Below are positions 1-14,700 of a stretch of DNA of 36,556 bases, one piece after another (the stretch's first letter is position 1; every line of letters starts with the position of its first letter). The stretch comes from Nemertoderma westbladi (lineage: Eukaryota; Animalia; Xenacoelomorpha): positions 1 to 36,556 of the forward strand of contig JAUCBJ010002960.1 in the NCBI GenBank assembly GCA_032718475.1, read 5' to 3'. Position numbers and translations under genes: made by a program. Below the pieces are notes generated by a model, which worked only from the letters and a program-made list of their open reading frames with translations, had not been told where the DNA came from and made no database searches.

Positions 1-134
1 CATGGTACAGTTTCTATTTGTTCGTGATAACGGTTGTCAGTTGTGGCTGTCTGATGCCGATCTGCCAATCGTCATATTTACATTAGTATATAAATGTAGC
101 TCGGCCTCAACGCTAATAATATTAATTAATTTAG

Positions 135-334
135 ACATAGCGGGCAACAATCATTGTAAATCCCAGCGAATGAGTCATCCAATACACGCCGATAATTGTC
201 TGCTCCAATCAGACGGGAGTTGTTTGAGAGAGTATCCGGCCTATATATGGCGTGATTACAGTGCTATACTGTACCTCAACGAACCGCAAGGTGGCGCTTT
301 TGTGTTTGTGGACAATAAAGATCTTAGTATACAG
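135..334 (+). CDS. Prolyl 3-hydroxylase (leprecan/P3H family, Fe(II)/2OG dioxygenase), internal exon; the 5' part of the gene lies outside the window
   Basis: Translates to ...MSHPIHADNCLLQSDGSCLREYPAYIWRDYSAILYLNEPQGGAFVF..., matching the P3H signature SHPxHADNC...PAY.(F/W)RDYSA.LY.N (HxD iron ligands). Bounded by tttag acceptor (133-134) and CAG|gtaatc donor (335). Paralog not assignable. Confidence 0.88.
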
Positions 335-385
335 GTAATCTTTAAATATCAGCATTATTTTTAAAGTAACTAAATTGTTATATAT

Positions 386-2048
386 CGTGACCAAAGAGCC
401 AGAACAACACAAACCAAAAGTAATGTTTCAAGAAAAACGAATTTCATATGATTCAGTGTGGATACCGTCTCATAATGTTTTGCAAAGAGGTCTGTGAAGA
501 TAAAAAAATGTAATTATAAAATAGGGGCTGGCTGTCTTAATAAACTTTTTAATGAAAAATTTATTTTTTGGTTATTTTTCTGAAATGCAGAACAACACAT
601 GAAAATTAGCATTACTCTTTATAACTGTGTGTGTTGTTTTGCTTATATAGCATTACTCTTTATAGCTGTGTGTGTTGTTTTGCTTATATAGCATTACTCT
701 TTATAGCTGTGTGTGTTGTTTTGCTTATATAGCATAACTCTTTATAGCTGTGTGTGTTGATTTGCTTATATAGCATTACTCTTTATAGCTGTGTGTGTTG
801 TTTTGCTTATATAGCATAACTCTTTATAGCTGTGTGTTTTGTTTTGCTTATATAGCATTACTCTTTATATCTGTGTGTGTTGTTTTGCTTATATAGCATT
901 ACTCTTTATAGCTGTGTGTTTTGTTTTGCTTATATAGCATTACTCTTTTTATAGCTGTGTGTGTTGATTTGCTTATATAGCATTACTCTTTATAGCTGTG
1001 TGTGTTGATTTGCTTATATAGCATTACTCTTTATAGCTGTGTGTGTTGATTTGCTTATATAGCATTACTCTTTATAGCTGTGTGTGTTGTTTTGCTTATA
1101 TAGCATAACTCTTTATAGCTGTGTGTGTTGTTTTGCTTATATAGCATTACTCTTTATAGCTGTGTGTTTTGTTTTGCTTATATAGCATTACTCTTTTTAT
1201 AGCTGTGTGTGTTGATTTGCTTATATAGCATTACTCTTTATAGCTGTGTGTGTTGATTTGCTTATATAGCATTACTCTTTATATCTGTGTGTGTTGTTTT
1301 GCTTATATAGCATAACTCTTTATAGCTGTGTGTTTTGTTTTGCTTATATAGCATTACTCTTTATATCTGTGTGTGTTGTTTTGCTTATATAGCATTACTC
1401 TTTATAGTTGTGTGTGTTGTTTTGCTTATATAGCATAACTCTTTATAGCTGTGTGTGTTGTTTTGCTTATATAGCATTACTCTTTATAGCTGTGTGTGTT
1501 GTTTTGCTTATATAGCATTACTCTTTATAGCTGTGTGTTTTGTTTTGCTTATATAGCATTACTCTTTTTATAGCTGTGTGTGTTGATTTGCTTATATAGC
1601 ATTACTCTTTATAGCTGTGTGTGTTGATTTGCTTATATAGCATTACTCTTTATAGCTGTGTGTTTTGTTTTGCTTATATAGCATTACTCTTTATATCTGT
1701 GTGTGTTGTTTTGCTTATATAGCATTACTCTTTATATCTGCGTGTGTTGTTTTGCTTATATAGCATTACTCTTTATAGCTGTGTGTTTTGCTTCCGAGAA
1801 TTTGACAAAGATATAACAATTTCCATGAGTTAGGTTTCTTTGGTGTGGGTTGTTTTACCTCTGGCATTTGATAACTTTAATGTTGTGTGGGTTGTTCTGT
1901 TTCTCCTATTATCTCAACATCTTCTTATTCATATGAACCAATATACTGCTTTAGGATTTTAACATATGATGCGCATACCATCTTGCGTCATTTTGGTGGA
2001 CAAAAGTTTTTAAAAATTATGGTGTGTTGTTCTGGCTTTACGGTTACG
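386..2048. mobile_element. Non-autonomous DNA transposon-like element with imperfect terminal inverted repeats, inside the P3H intron
   Basis: Left end CGTGACCAAAGAGCCAGAACAACAC (386-410) versus reverse complement of right end CGTAACCGTAAAGCCAGAACAACAC (2024-2048): 21/25 identical. Flanks ATAT / TTAT. The AGAACAAC motif recurs subterminally (~589, ~1849, ~1891). No transposase ORF. Confidence 0.6.
607..1793. repeat. 41-bp tandem repeat, ~29 copies
   Basis: Unit TAGCATTACTCTTTATAGCTGTGTGTGTTGTTTTGCTTATA repeated head-to-tail with few substitutions and occasional 2-bp insertions. Confidence 0.97.
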
Positions 2049-2478
2049 TTATTATGTGGTTATGATTAGTCAACAGGTTAATACTACTTTATGTAGTATA
2101 CTAAACAGATTCATCAATCAATCCACCCAATCACACAGCCGTCGAGACTTTGCAGTTAAATTGAATCGGTTTTGTTCCTCGTGTAGAGGAGTAAAGCTTG
2201 TTTCAAGATGTGTGAATTTGGTTTCAAATTGGGACAGCTGAGCCCATGGTCCCTCTCGCTCGCAAACGAGTCACATAGTTGGCAGGTACATGAAGGGGCT
2301 GCCTTCCGCTTCCAATATTTTGTTGCCCGGAACAGTTTATGGTGCGACCCATTCGATATAAACTGAGCCGCCCCATTCTTATGAATCCCCCTATTATTCA
2401 AAACGATTATTCCTAATGGATCTGCTAAATGCCAAATTAAAAACATCGGGATTAATTTGTCTCAATTATTTCTTACAG

Positions 2479-2745
2479 ACGCGCATCCCTCCCACGTGTG
2501 GCCGATTGGTAGCATTTTCCGCGGGTGATTCAAATCTCCATGGAGTCGAATCCATTAACAATGGATCGCGCTATTCGATAGCGCTGTGGTTTACAACAAA
2601 CTCGTCACAGAGCTACAAGAAACCATCGGCCCTCAGAGAGTTACAGAAGGAATGGAGTGGGGAACATCAAACCATCGGCCAGGAGAGAGTTACTGAAGGA
2701 ATGGAGTGGGGAACATCAAACCATCGGCCCAAAGGGAGTTACTGA
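2479..2745 (+). CDS. Prolyl 3-hydroxylase family, probable terminal coding exon; last ~41 codons lie in the satellite
   Basis: tcttacag acceptor at 2477-2478, phase 0 matching the upstream donor. Translates TRIPPTCGRLVAFSAGDSNLHGVESINNGSRYSIALWFT (distal His iron ligand and 2OG-binding Arg; P3H-like CGR..FS.G..N.HGV...G.R...ALWFT). Stop TGA at 2743-2745 lies inside the repeat. Confidence 0.82.
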   Translation, partial: TRIPPTCGRLVAFSAGDSNLHGVESINNGSRYSIALWFTTNSSQSYKKPSALRELQKEWSGEHQTIGQERVTEGMEWGTSNHRPKGSY

Positions 2746-5700
2746 AGGAATGGAGTGGGGAACATCAAACCATCGGCCCTAAGGGAGTTACTGAAGGAAT
2801 GGAGTGGGGAACATCAAACCATCGGTCATGAGAGTTACTGAAGGAATGGAGTGGGGAACATCAAACCATCGGCCAGGAGAGAGTTACTGAAGGAATGGAG
2901 TAGGGAACATCAAACCATCGGCCCTGAGAGAGTTACTGAAGGAATGGAGTGGGGAACATCAAACCAACGGCCCTGAGAGAGTTACTGAAGGAATGGAGTG
3001 GGGAACATCAAACCAACGGCCCTGAGAGAGTTACTAAAGGAATGGAGTGGGGAACATCAAACCATCGGCATTGAGAGAGTTACTGGAGGAATGGAGTGGG
3101 GAACATCAAACCATCGGCCCTGAGAGAGTTACTGAAGGAATGGAGTGGGGAACATCAAACCATCGGCCCTGAGAGAGTTACTGAAGGAATGGAGTGGAGA
3201 ACATCAAACCATCGGCCCTGAGAGAGTTACTGAAGGAATGGAGTGGGGAACATCAAACCAACGGCCCTGAGAGAGTTACTGAAGGAATGGAGTGGGGAAC
3301 ATCAAACCATCGGCCCTAAGGGAGTTACTGAAAGACTGGAGTGGGGAACATCAAACCATCGGCCCTGAGAGAGTTACTGAAGGAATGGAGTGGGGAACAT
3401 CACATCATCGGCATTGAGAGAGTTACTAAAGGAATGGAGTGGGGAACATCAAACCATCGGCATTGAGAGAGTTACTGGAGGAATGGAGTGGGGAACATCA
3501 AACCATCGACCCTGAGGGAGTTACTGAAGGAATGGAGTGGGAAACAGCAAACCATCGGCCCTGAGAGAGTTACTGAAGGAATGGAGTGGGGAACATCAAA
3601 TCATCGGCATTGAGAGAGTTACTAAAGGAATGGAGTGGGGAACATCAAACCATCGGCATTGAGAGAGTTACTGGAGGAATGGAGTGGGGAACATCAAACC
3701 ATCGACCCTGAGGGAGTTACTGAAGGAATGGAGTGGGAAACAGCAAACCATCGGCCCTGAGAGAGTTACTGAAGGAATGGAGTGGGGAACATCAAATCAT
3801 CGGCATTGAGAGAGTTACTAAAGGAATGGAGTGGGGAACATCAAACCATCGGCATTGAGAGAGTTACTGGAGGAATGGAGTGGGGAACATCAAATCATCG
3901 GCCCTAAGGGAGTTACTAAAGGGATGGAGTGGGGAACATCAAACCATCGCCCCTAAGGGAGTTACTAAAGGGATGGAGTGGGGAACATCAAATCATCGGC
4001 ATCGAGAGAGTTACTAAAGGGATGGAGTGGGGAACATCAAACCATCGGCATTGAGAGAGTTACTGGAGGAATAGAGTGGGAAACATCAAACCATCGGCCC
4101 TAAGGGAGTTACTGAAGGAATGGAGTCGGGAACATCAAACCATCGGCCCTAAGGGAGTTACTGAAGGAATGGAGTGGGGAACATCAAATCATCGGCATTG
4201 AGAGAGTTACTAAAGGGATGGAGTGGGGAACATCAAACCATCGGCATTTAGAGAGTTACTAAAGGGATAGAGTGGGGAACATCAAACCATCGGCATTTAG
4301 AGAGTTACTAAAGGGATAGAGTGGGGAACATCAAACCATCGGCCCTAAGGGAGTTACTGAAGGGATGGAGTGGGGAACATCAAACCATCGGCATTTAGAG
4401 AGTTACTAAAGGGATAGAGTGGGGAACATCAAACCATCGGCCTTGAGAGAGTTACTGAAGGAATGGAGTGGGGAACATCAAATCATCGGCATTGAAAGAG
4501 TTACTAAAGGGATGGAGTGGGGAACATCAAACCATCGGCCTTGAGAGTGTTACTGAAGGAATGGAGTGGGGAACATCAAATCATCGGCATTGAGAGAGTT
4601 ACTAAAGGGATAGAGTGGGGAACATCAAACCATCGGCCTTGAGAGAGTTACTGAAGGAATGGAGTGGGGAATATCAATTCATCGGCATTGAGAGAGTTAC
4701 TAAAGGGATGGAGTGGGGAACATCAAACCATCGGCCTTGAGAGAGTTACTGAAGGAATGGAGTGGGGAACATCAAATCATCGGCATTGAAAGAGTTACTA
4801 AAGGGATGGAGTGGGGAACATCAAACCATCGGCCTTGAGAGTGTTACTGAAGGAATGGAGTGGGGAACATCAAATCATCGGCATTGAGAGAGTTACTAAA
4901 GGGATAGAGTGGGGAACATCAAACCATCGGCCTTGAGAGAGTTACTGAAGGAATGGAGTGGGGAATATCAATTCATCGGCATTGAGAGAGTTACTAAAGG
5001 GATGGAGTGGGGAACATCAAACCATCGGCCTTGAGAGAGTTATTGAAGGAATGGAGTGGGGAACATCAAACCATCGGCCTTGAGAGTGTTACTGAAGGAA
5101 TGGAGTGGGGAACATCAAATCATCGGCATTGAGAGAGTTACTAAAGGAATGGAGTGGGGAACATCAAACCATCGGCCCTAAGGGAGATACTGAAGGAATG
5201 GAGTGGGGAACATCAAACATCGGCCTTGAGAGAGTTACTAAAGGGATGGAGTGGGGAACATCAAACCATCGGCCCTAAGGGAGATACTGAAGGAATGGAG
5301 TGTGGAACATCAAACCATCGGCCCTAAGGGAGTTACTGAAGGAATGGAGTGGGGAACATCAAACCATCGGCATTTAGAGAGTTACTAAAGGGATATAGTG
5401 GGGAACATCAAACCATCGGCATTTAGAGAGTTACTAAAGGGATAGAGTGGGGAACATCAAACCATCGGCCTTGAGAGAGTTACTGAAGGAATGGAGTGGG
5501 GAACATCAAATCATCGGCATTGAAAGAGTTACTAAAGGGATGGAGTGGGGAACATCAAACCATCGGCCTTGAGAGTGTTACTGAAGGAATGGAGTGGGGA
5601 ACATCAAATCATCGGCATTGAGAGAGTTACTAAAGGGATAGAGTGGGGAACATCAAACCATCGGCCTTGAGAGAGTTACTGAAGGAATGGAGTGGGGAAC

Positions 5701-8700
5701 ATCAAATCATCGGCATTGAGAGAGTTACTAAAGGGGTGGAGTGGGGAACATCAAACCATCGGCCTTGAGAGAGTTACTGAAGGAATGGAGTGGGGAATAT
5801 CAATTCATCGGCATTGAGAGAGTTACTATTAAAGGGATGGAGTGGGGAACATCAAACCATCGGCCCTAAGGGAGTTACTGAAGGGATGGAGTGGGGAACA
5901 TCAAATCATCGGCATTGAGAGAGTTACTAAAGGGATGGAGTGGGGAACATCAAACCATCGGCATTGAGAGAGTTATTGAAGGAATGGAGTGGGGAACATC
6001 AAATCATCGGCATTCAGAGAGTTACTAAAGGGATGGAGTGGGGAACATCAAACCATCGGCCCTAAGGGAGTTACTGAAGGAATGGAGTGGGGAACATCAA
6101 ACCATCGGCCCTAAGGGAGTTTCTGAAGGGATGGAGTGGGGAACATCAAATCATCGGCATTGAGAGAGTTACTAAAGGGATGGAGTGGGGAACATCAAAC
6201 CATCGGCCCTAAGGGAGTTACTGAAGGGATGGAGTGGGGAACATCAAACCATCGGCATTGAGAGAGTTATTGAAGGAATGGAGTGGGGAACATCAAATAA
6301 TCGGCATTCAGAGAGTTACTAAAGGGATGGAGTGGGGAACATCAAACCATCGGCCCTAAGGGAGTTACTGAAGGAATGGAGTGGGGAACATCAAATCATC
6401 GGCATTCAGAGAGTTACTAAAGGGATGGAGTGGGGAACATCAAACCATCGGCATTGAGAGAGTTATTGAAGGAATGGAGTGGGGAACATCAAATCATCGG
6501 CATTCAGAGAGTTACTAAAGGGATGGAGTGGGGAACATCAAACCATCGGCATTGAGAGAGTTATTGAAGGAATGGAGTGGGGAACATCAAATCATCGGCA
6601 TTCAGAGAGTTACTAAAGGGATGGAGTGGGGAACATCAAACCATCGGCCCTAAGGGAGTTACTGAAGGAATGGAGTGGGGAACATCAAACAAACCATCGG
6701 CATTGAGAGAGTTACTATTAAAGGGATGGAGTGGGGAACATCAAACCATCGGCCCTAAGGGAGTTACTGAAGGGATGGAGTGGGGAACATCAAATCATCG
6801 GCATTGAGAGAGTTACTAAAGGGATGGAGTGGGGAACATCAAACCATCGGCATTCAGAGAGTTACTAAAGGGGTGGAGTGGGGAACATCAAACCATCGGC
6901 ATTGAGAGAGTTATTGAAGGAATGGAGTGGGGAATATCAATTCATCGGCATTGAGAGAGTTACTATTAAAGGGATGGAGTGGGGAACATCAAACCATCGG
7001 CCCTAAGGGAGTTACTGAAGGGATGGAGTGGGGAACATCAAATCATCGGCATTGAGAGAGTTACTAAAGGGATGGAGTGGGGAACATCCAACCATCGGCA
7101 TTCAGAGAGTTACTAAAGGAATGGAGTGGGGAACATCAAACCATCGGCATTGAGAGAGTTATTGAAGGAATGGAGTGGGGAACATCAAATCATCGGCATT
7201 CAGAGAGTTACTAAAGGGATGGAGTGGGGAACATCAAACCATCGGCCCTAAGGGAGTTACTGAAGGAATGGAGTGGGGAACATCAAATCATCGGCATTGA
7301 GAGAGTTACTAAAGGGATGGAGTGGGGAACATCAAATCATCGGCCCTAAGGGAGTTACTAAAGGGATGGAGTGGGGAACATCAAACCATCGGCCCTAAGG
7401 GAGTTACTGAAGGGATGGAGTGGGGAACATCAAATCATCGCCATTGAGAGAGTTACTAAAGGGATGGAGTGGGGAACATCAAATCATCGGCCCTAAGGGA
7501 GTTACTAAAGGGATGGAGTGGGAACATCAAACCATCGGCCCTGAGAGAGTTACTGAAGGAATGGAGTGGGGAACATCAAATCATCGGCATTGAGAGAGTT
7601 ACTAAAGGGATGGAGTGGGGAACATCAAACCATCGGCCCTAAGGGAGTTACTAAAGGGATGGAGTGGGGAACATCAAACCATCGGCCCTAAGGGAGTTAC
7701 TGAAGGGATGGAGTGGGGAACATCAAACCATCGGCATTGAGAGAGTTATTGAAGGAATGGAGTGGGGAACATCAAATCATCGGCATTCAGAGAGTTACTA
7801 AAGGGATGGAGTGGGGAACATCAAACCATCGGCCCTAAGGGAGTTACTAAAGGGATGGAGTGGGGAACATCAAACCATCGGCATTGAGAGAGTTATTGAA
7901 GGAATGGAGTGGGGAACATCAAATCATCGGCATTCAGAGAGTTACTAAAGGGATGGAGTGGGGAACATCAAACCATCGGCCCTAAGGGAGTTACTGAAGG
8001 AATGGAGTGGGGAACATCAAATCATCGGCATTGAGAGAGTTACTAAAGGGATGGAGTGGTGAACATCAAACCATCGGCATTGAGAGAGTTATTGAAGGAT
8101 TGGAGTGGGGAACATCAAATCATCGGCATTCAGAGAGTTACTAAAGGGATGGAATGGGGAACATCAAACCATCGGCCCTAAGGGAGTTACTGAAGGAATG
8201 GAGTGGGGAACATCAAACCATCGGCCCTAAGGGAGTTTCTGAAGGGATGGAGTGGGGAACATCAAACCATCGGCCCTAAGGGAGTTACTGAAGGAATGTA
8301 GTGGGGAACATCAAATCATCGGCATTGAGAGAGTTACTAAAGGGATGGAGTGGGGAACATCAAACCATCGGCATTGAGAGAGTTACTAAAGGGATGGAGT
8401 GGGGAACATCAAATCATCGGCCCTAAGGGAGTTACTAAAGGGATGGAGTGGGGAACATCAAATCATCGGCATTGAGATAGTTACTAAAGGGATGGAGTGG
8501 GGAACATCAAACCATCGGCATTGAGAGAGTTACTAAAGGGATAGAGTGGGGAACATCAAACCATCGGCATTGAGAGAGTTACTAAAGGAATGGAGTGGGG
8601 AACATCAAATCATCGGCCCTAAGGGAGTTACTAAAGGGATGGAGTGGGGAACATCAAACAAACCATCGGCATTGAGAGAGTTACTATTAAAGGGATGGAG

Positions 8701-11700
8701 TGGGGCACATCAAACCATCGGCCCTAAGGGAGTTACTGAAGGGATGGAGTGGGGAACATCAAATCATCGGCATTGAGAGAGTTACTAAAGGGATGGAGTG
8801 GGGAACATCAAACCATCGGCATTCAGAGAGTTACTAAAGGGGTGGAGTGGGGAACATCAAACCATCGGCATTGAGAGAGTTATTGAAGGAATGGAGTGGG
8901 GAATATCAATTCATCGGCATTGAGAGAGTTACTATTAAAGGGATGGAGTGGGGAACATCAAACCATCGGCCCTAAGGGAGTTACTGAAGGGATGGAGTGG
9001 GGAACATCAAATCATCGGCATTGAGAGAGTTACTAAAGGGATGGAGTGGGGAACATCCAACCATCGGCATTCAGAAAGTTACTAAAGGAATGGAGTGGGG
9101 AACATCAAACCATCGGCATTGAGAGAGTTATTGAAGGAATGGAGTGGGGAACATCAAATCATCGGCATTCAGAGAGTTACTAAAGGGATGGAGTGGGGAA
9201 CATCAAACCATCGGCCCTAAGGGAGTTACTGAAGGAATGGAGTGGGGAACATCAAATCATCGGCATTGAGAGAGTTACTAAAGGGATGGAGTGGGGAACA
9301 TCAAATCATCGGCCCTAAGGGAGTTACTAAAGGGATGGAGTGGGGAACATCAAACCATCGGCCCTAAGGGAGTTACTGAAGGGATGGAGTGGGGAACATC
9401 AAATCATCGGCATTGAGAGAGTTACTAAAGGGATGGAGTGGGGAACATCAAATCATCGGCCCTAAGGGAGTTACTAAAGGGATGGAGTGGGAACATCAAA
9501 CCATCGGCCCTGAGAGAGTTACTGAAGGAATGGAGTGGGGAACATCAAATCATCGGCATTGAGAGAGTTACTAAAGGGATGGAGTGGGGAACATCAAACC
9601 ATCGGCCCTAAGGGAGTTACTAAAGGGATGGAGTGGGGAACATCAAACCATCGGCCCTAAGGGAGTTACTGAAGGGATGGAGTGGGGAACATCAAACCAT
9701 CGGCATTGAGAGAGTTATTGAAGGAATGGAGTGGGGAACATCAAATCATCGGCATTCAGAGAGTTACTAAAGGGATGGAGTGGGGAACATCAAACCATCG
9801 GCCCTAAGGGAGTTACTAAAGGGATGGAGTGGGGAACATCAAACCATCGGCATTGAGAGAGTTATTGAAGGAATGGAGTGGGGAACATCAAATCATCGGC
9901 ATTCAGAGAGTTACTAAAGGGATGGAGTGGGGAACATCAAACCATCGGCCCAAAGGGAGTTACTGAAGGAATGGAGTGGGGAACATCAAACCATCGGCCC
10001 TAAGGGAGTTACTGAAGGAATGGAGTGGGGAACATCAAACCATCGGTCATGAGAGTTACTGAAGGAATGGAGTGGGGAACATCAAACCATCGGCCCTGAG
10101 AGAGTTACTGAAGGAATGGAGTGGGGAACATCAAACCATCGGCCCTGAGAGAGTTACTGAAGGAATGGAGTGGAGAACATCAAACCATCGGCCCTGAGAG
10201 AGTTACTGAAGGAATGGAGTGGGGAACATCAAACCAACGGCCCTGAGAGAGTTACTGAAGGAATGGAGTGGGGAACATCAAACCATCGGCCCTAAGGGAG
10301 TTACTGAAAGACTGGAGTGGGGAACATCAAACCATCGGCCCTGAGAGAGTTACTGAAGGAATGGAGTGGGGAACATCAAATCATCGGCATTGAGAGAGTT
10401 ACTAAAGGAATGGAGTGGGGAACATCAAACCATCGGCATTGAGAGAGTTACTGGAGGAATGGAGTGGGGAACATCAAACCATCGACCCTGAGGGAGTTAC
10501 TGAAGGAATGGAGTGGGAAACAGCAAACCATCGGCCCTGAGAGAGTTACTGAAGGAATGGAGTGGGGAACATCAAATCATCGGCATTGAGAGAGTTACTA
10601 AAGGAATGGAGTGGGGAACATCAAACCATCGGCATTGAGAGAGTTACTGGAGGAATGGAGTGGGGAACATCAAACCATCGACCCTGAGGGAGTTACTGAA
10701 GGAATGGAGTGGGAAACAGCAAACCATCGGCCCTGAGAGAGTTACTGAAGGAATGGAGTGGGGAACATCAAATCATCGGCATTGAGAGAGTTACTAAAGG
10801 AATGGAGTGGGGAACATCAAACCATCGGCATTGAGAGAGTTACTGGAGGAATGGAGTGGGGAACATCAAACCATCGACCCTGAGGGAGTTACTGAAGGAA
10901 TGGAGTGGGAAACAGCAAACCATCGGCCCTGAGGTAGTTACTGAAGGAATGGAGTGGGGAACATCAAACCATCGCCCCTAAGGGAGTTACTAAAGGGATG
11001 GAGTGGGGAACATCAAACCATCGGCCCTGAGAGAGTTACTGAAGGAATGGAGTGGGGAACATCAAACCATCGGCCCTGAGGTAGTTACTGAAGGAATGGA
11101 GTGGGGAACATCAAACCATCGCCCCTAAGGGAGTTACTAAAGGGATGGAGTGGGGAACATCAAACCATCGGCCCTGAGAGAGTTACTAAAGGGATGGAGT
11201 GGGGAACATCAAATCATCGGCAGTAAGGGAGTTACTGAAGGAATGGAATGGGGAACATCAAACCATCGGCACTAAGGGAGTTACTGAAAGAATGGAATGG
11301 GGAACATCAAACCATTGACCCTAAATGGAGTTACTGAAGGAATGGAGTGGGGAACATCAAACCATCGGCCCTAAGGGAGTTACTGGAGGAATGGAGTGGG
11401 GAACATCAAACCATCGGCCTTGAGAGAGTTACTGGGGGAATAGAGTGGGAAACATCAAACCATCGGCCCTAAGGGAGTTACTGAAGGAATGGAGTCGGGA
11501 ACATCAAACCATCGGCCCTAAGGGAGTTACTGAAGGAATGGAGTGGGGAACATCAAATCATCGGCATTGAGAGAGTTACTAAAGGGATGGAGTGGGGAAC
11601 ATCAAACCATCGGCATTTAGAGAGTTACTAAAGGGATAGAGTGGGGAACATCAAACCATCGGCATTTAGAGAGTTACTAAAGGGATAGAGTGGGGAACAT

Positions 11701-14700
11701 CAAACCATCGGCCCTAAGGGAGTTACTGAAGGGATGGAGTGGGGAACATCAAACCATCGGCATTTAGAGAGTTACTAAAGGGATAGAGTGGGGAACATCA
11801 AACCATCGGCCTTGAGAGAGTTACTGAAGGAATGGAGTGGGGAACATCAAATCATCGGCATTGAAAGAGTTACTAAAGGGATGGAGTGGGGAACATCAAA
11901 CCATCGGCCTTGAGAGTGTTACTGAAGGAATGGAGTGGGGAACATCAAATCATCGGCATTGAGAGAGTTACTAAAGGGATAGAGTGGGGAACATCAAACC
12001 ATCGGCCTTGAGAGAGTTACTGAAGGAATGGAGTGGGGAATATCAATTCATCGGCATTGAGAGAGTTACTAAAGGGATGGAGTGGGGAACATCAAACCAT
12101 CGGCCTTGAGAGAGTTACTGAAGGAATGGAGTGGGGAACATCAAATCATCGGCATTGAAAGAGTTACTAAAGGGATGGAGTGGGGAACATCAAACCATCG
12201 GCCTTGAGAGTGTTACTGAAGGAATGGAGTGGGGAACATCAAATCATCGGCATTGAGAGAGTTACTAAAGGGATAGAGTGGGGAACATCAAACCATCGGC
12301 CTTGAGAGAGTTACTGAAGGAATGGAGTGGGGAATATCAATTCATCGGCATTGAGAGAGTTACTAAAGGGATGGAGTGGGGAACATCAAACCATCGGCCT
12401 TGAGAGAGTTATTGAAGGAATGGAGTGGGGAACATCAAACCATCGGCCTTGAGAGTGTTACTGAAGGAATGGAGTGGGGAACATCAAATCATCGGCATTG
12501 AGAGAGTTACTAAAGGAATGGAGTGGGGAACATCAAACCATCGGCCCTAAGGGAGATACTGAAGGAATGGAGTGGGGAACATCAAACATCGGCCTTGAGA
12601 GAGTTACTAAAGGGATGGAGTGGGGAACATCAAACCATCGGCCCTAAGGGAGATACTGAAGGAATGGAGTGTGGAACATCAAACCATCGGCCCTAAGGGA
12701 GTTACTGAAGGAATGGAGTGGGGAACATCAAACCATCGGCATTTAGAGAGTTACTAAAGGGATATAGTGGGGAACATCAAACCATCGGCATTTAGAGAGT
12801 TACTAAAGGGATAGAGTGGGGAACATCAAACCATCGGCCTTGAGAGAGTTACTGAAGGAATGGAGTGGGGAACATCAAATCATCGGCATTGAAAGAGTTA
12901 CTAAAGGGATGGAGTGGGGAACATCAAACCATCGGCCTTGAGAGTGTTACTGAAGGAATGGAGTGGGGAACATCAAATCATCGGCATTGAGAGAGTTACT
13001 AAAGGGATAGAGTGGGGAACATCAAACCATCGGCCTTGAGAGAGTTACTGAAGGAATGGAGTGGGGAACATCAAATCATCGGCATTGAGAGAGTTACTAA
13101 AGGGGTGGAGTGGGGAACATCAAACCATCGGCCTTGAGAGAGTTACTGAAGGAATGGAGTGGGGAATATCAATTCATCGGCATTGAGAGAGTTACTATTA
13201 AAGGGATGGAGTGGGGAACATCAAACCATCGGCCCTAAGGGAGTTACTGAAGGGATGGAGTGGGGAACATCAAATCATCGGCATTGAGAGAGTTACTAAA
13301 GGGATGGAGTGGGGAACATCAAACCATCGGCATTGAGAGAGTTATTGAAGGAATGGAGTGGGGAACATCAAATCATCGGCATTCAGAGAGTTACTAAAGG
13401 GATGGAGTGGGGAACATCAAACCATCGGCCCTAAGGGAGTTACTGAAGGAATGGAGTGGGGAACATCAAACCATCGGCCCTAAGGGAGTTTCTGAAGGGA
13501 TGGAGTGGGGAACATCAAATCATCGGCATTGAGAGAGTTACTAAAGGGATGGAGTGGGGAACATCAAACCATCGGCCCTAAGGGAGTTACTGAAGGGATG
13601 GAGTGGGGAACATCAAACCATCGGCATTGAGAGAGTTATTGAAGGAATGGAGTGGGGAACATCAAATAATCGGCATTCAGAGAGTTACTAAAGGGATGGA
13701 GTGGGGAACATCAAACCATCGGCCCTAAGGGAGTTACTGAAGGAATGGAGTGGGGAACATCAAATCATCGGCATTCAGAGAGTTACTAAAGGGATGGAGT
13801 GGGGAACATCAAACCATCGGCATTGAGAGAGTTATTGAAGGAATGGAGTGGGGAACATCAAATCATCGGCATTCAGAGAGTTACTAAAGGGATGGAGTGG
13901 GGAACATCAAACCATCGGCATTGAGAGAGTTATTGAAGGAATGGAGTGGGGAACATCAAATCATCGGCATTCAGAGAGTTACTAAAGGGATGGAGTGGGG
14001 AACATCAAACCATCGGCCCTAAGGGAGTTACTGAAGGAATGGAGTGGGGAACATCAAACAAACCATCGGCATTGAGAGAGTTACTATTAAAGGGATGGAG
14101 TGGGGAACATCAAACCATCGGCCCTAAGGGAGTTACTGAAGGGATGGAGTGGGGAACATCAAATCATCGGCATTGAGAGAGTTACTAAAGGGATGGAGTG
14201 GGGAACATCAAACCATCGGCATTCAGAGAGTTACTAAAGGGGTGGAGTGGGGAACATCAAACCATCGGCATTGAGAGAGTTATTGAAGGAATGGAGTGGG
14301 GAATATCAATTCATCGGCATTGAGAGAGTTACTATTAAAGGGATGGAGTGGGGAACATCAAACCATCGGCCCTAAGGGAGTTACTGAAGGGATGGAGTGG
14401 GGAACATCAAATCATCGGCATTGAGAGAGTTACTAAAGGGATGGAGTGGGGAACATCCAACCATCGGCATTCAGAGAGTTACTAAAGGAATGGAGTGGGG
14501 AACATCAAACCATCGGCATTGAGAGAGTTATTGAAGGAATGGAGTGGGGAACATCAAATCATCGGCATTCAGAGAGTTACTAAAGGGATGGAGTGGGGAA
14601 CATCAAACCATCGGCCCTAAGGGAGTTACTGAAGGAATGGAGTGGGGAACATCAAATCATCGGCATTGAGAGAGTTACTAAAGGGATGGAGTGGGGAACA

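Noticed and set aside
2-134. N-terminal part of the 2..364 ORF
   Set aside because: No P3H similarity before the acceptor at 133-134; read as intron.
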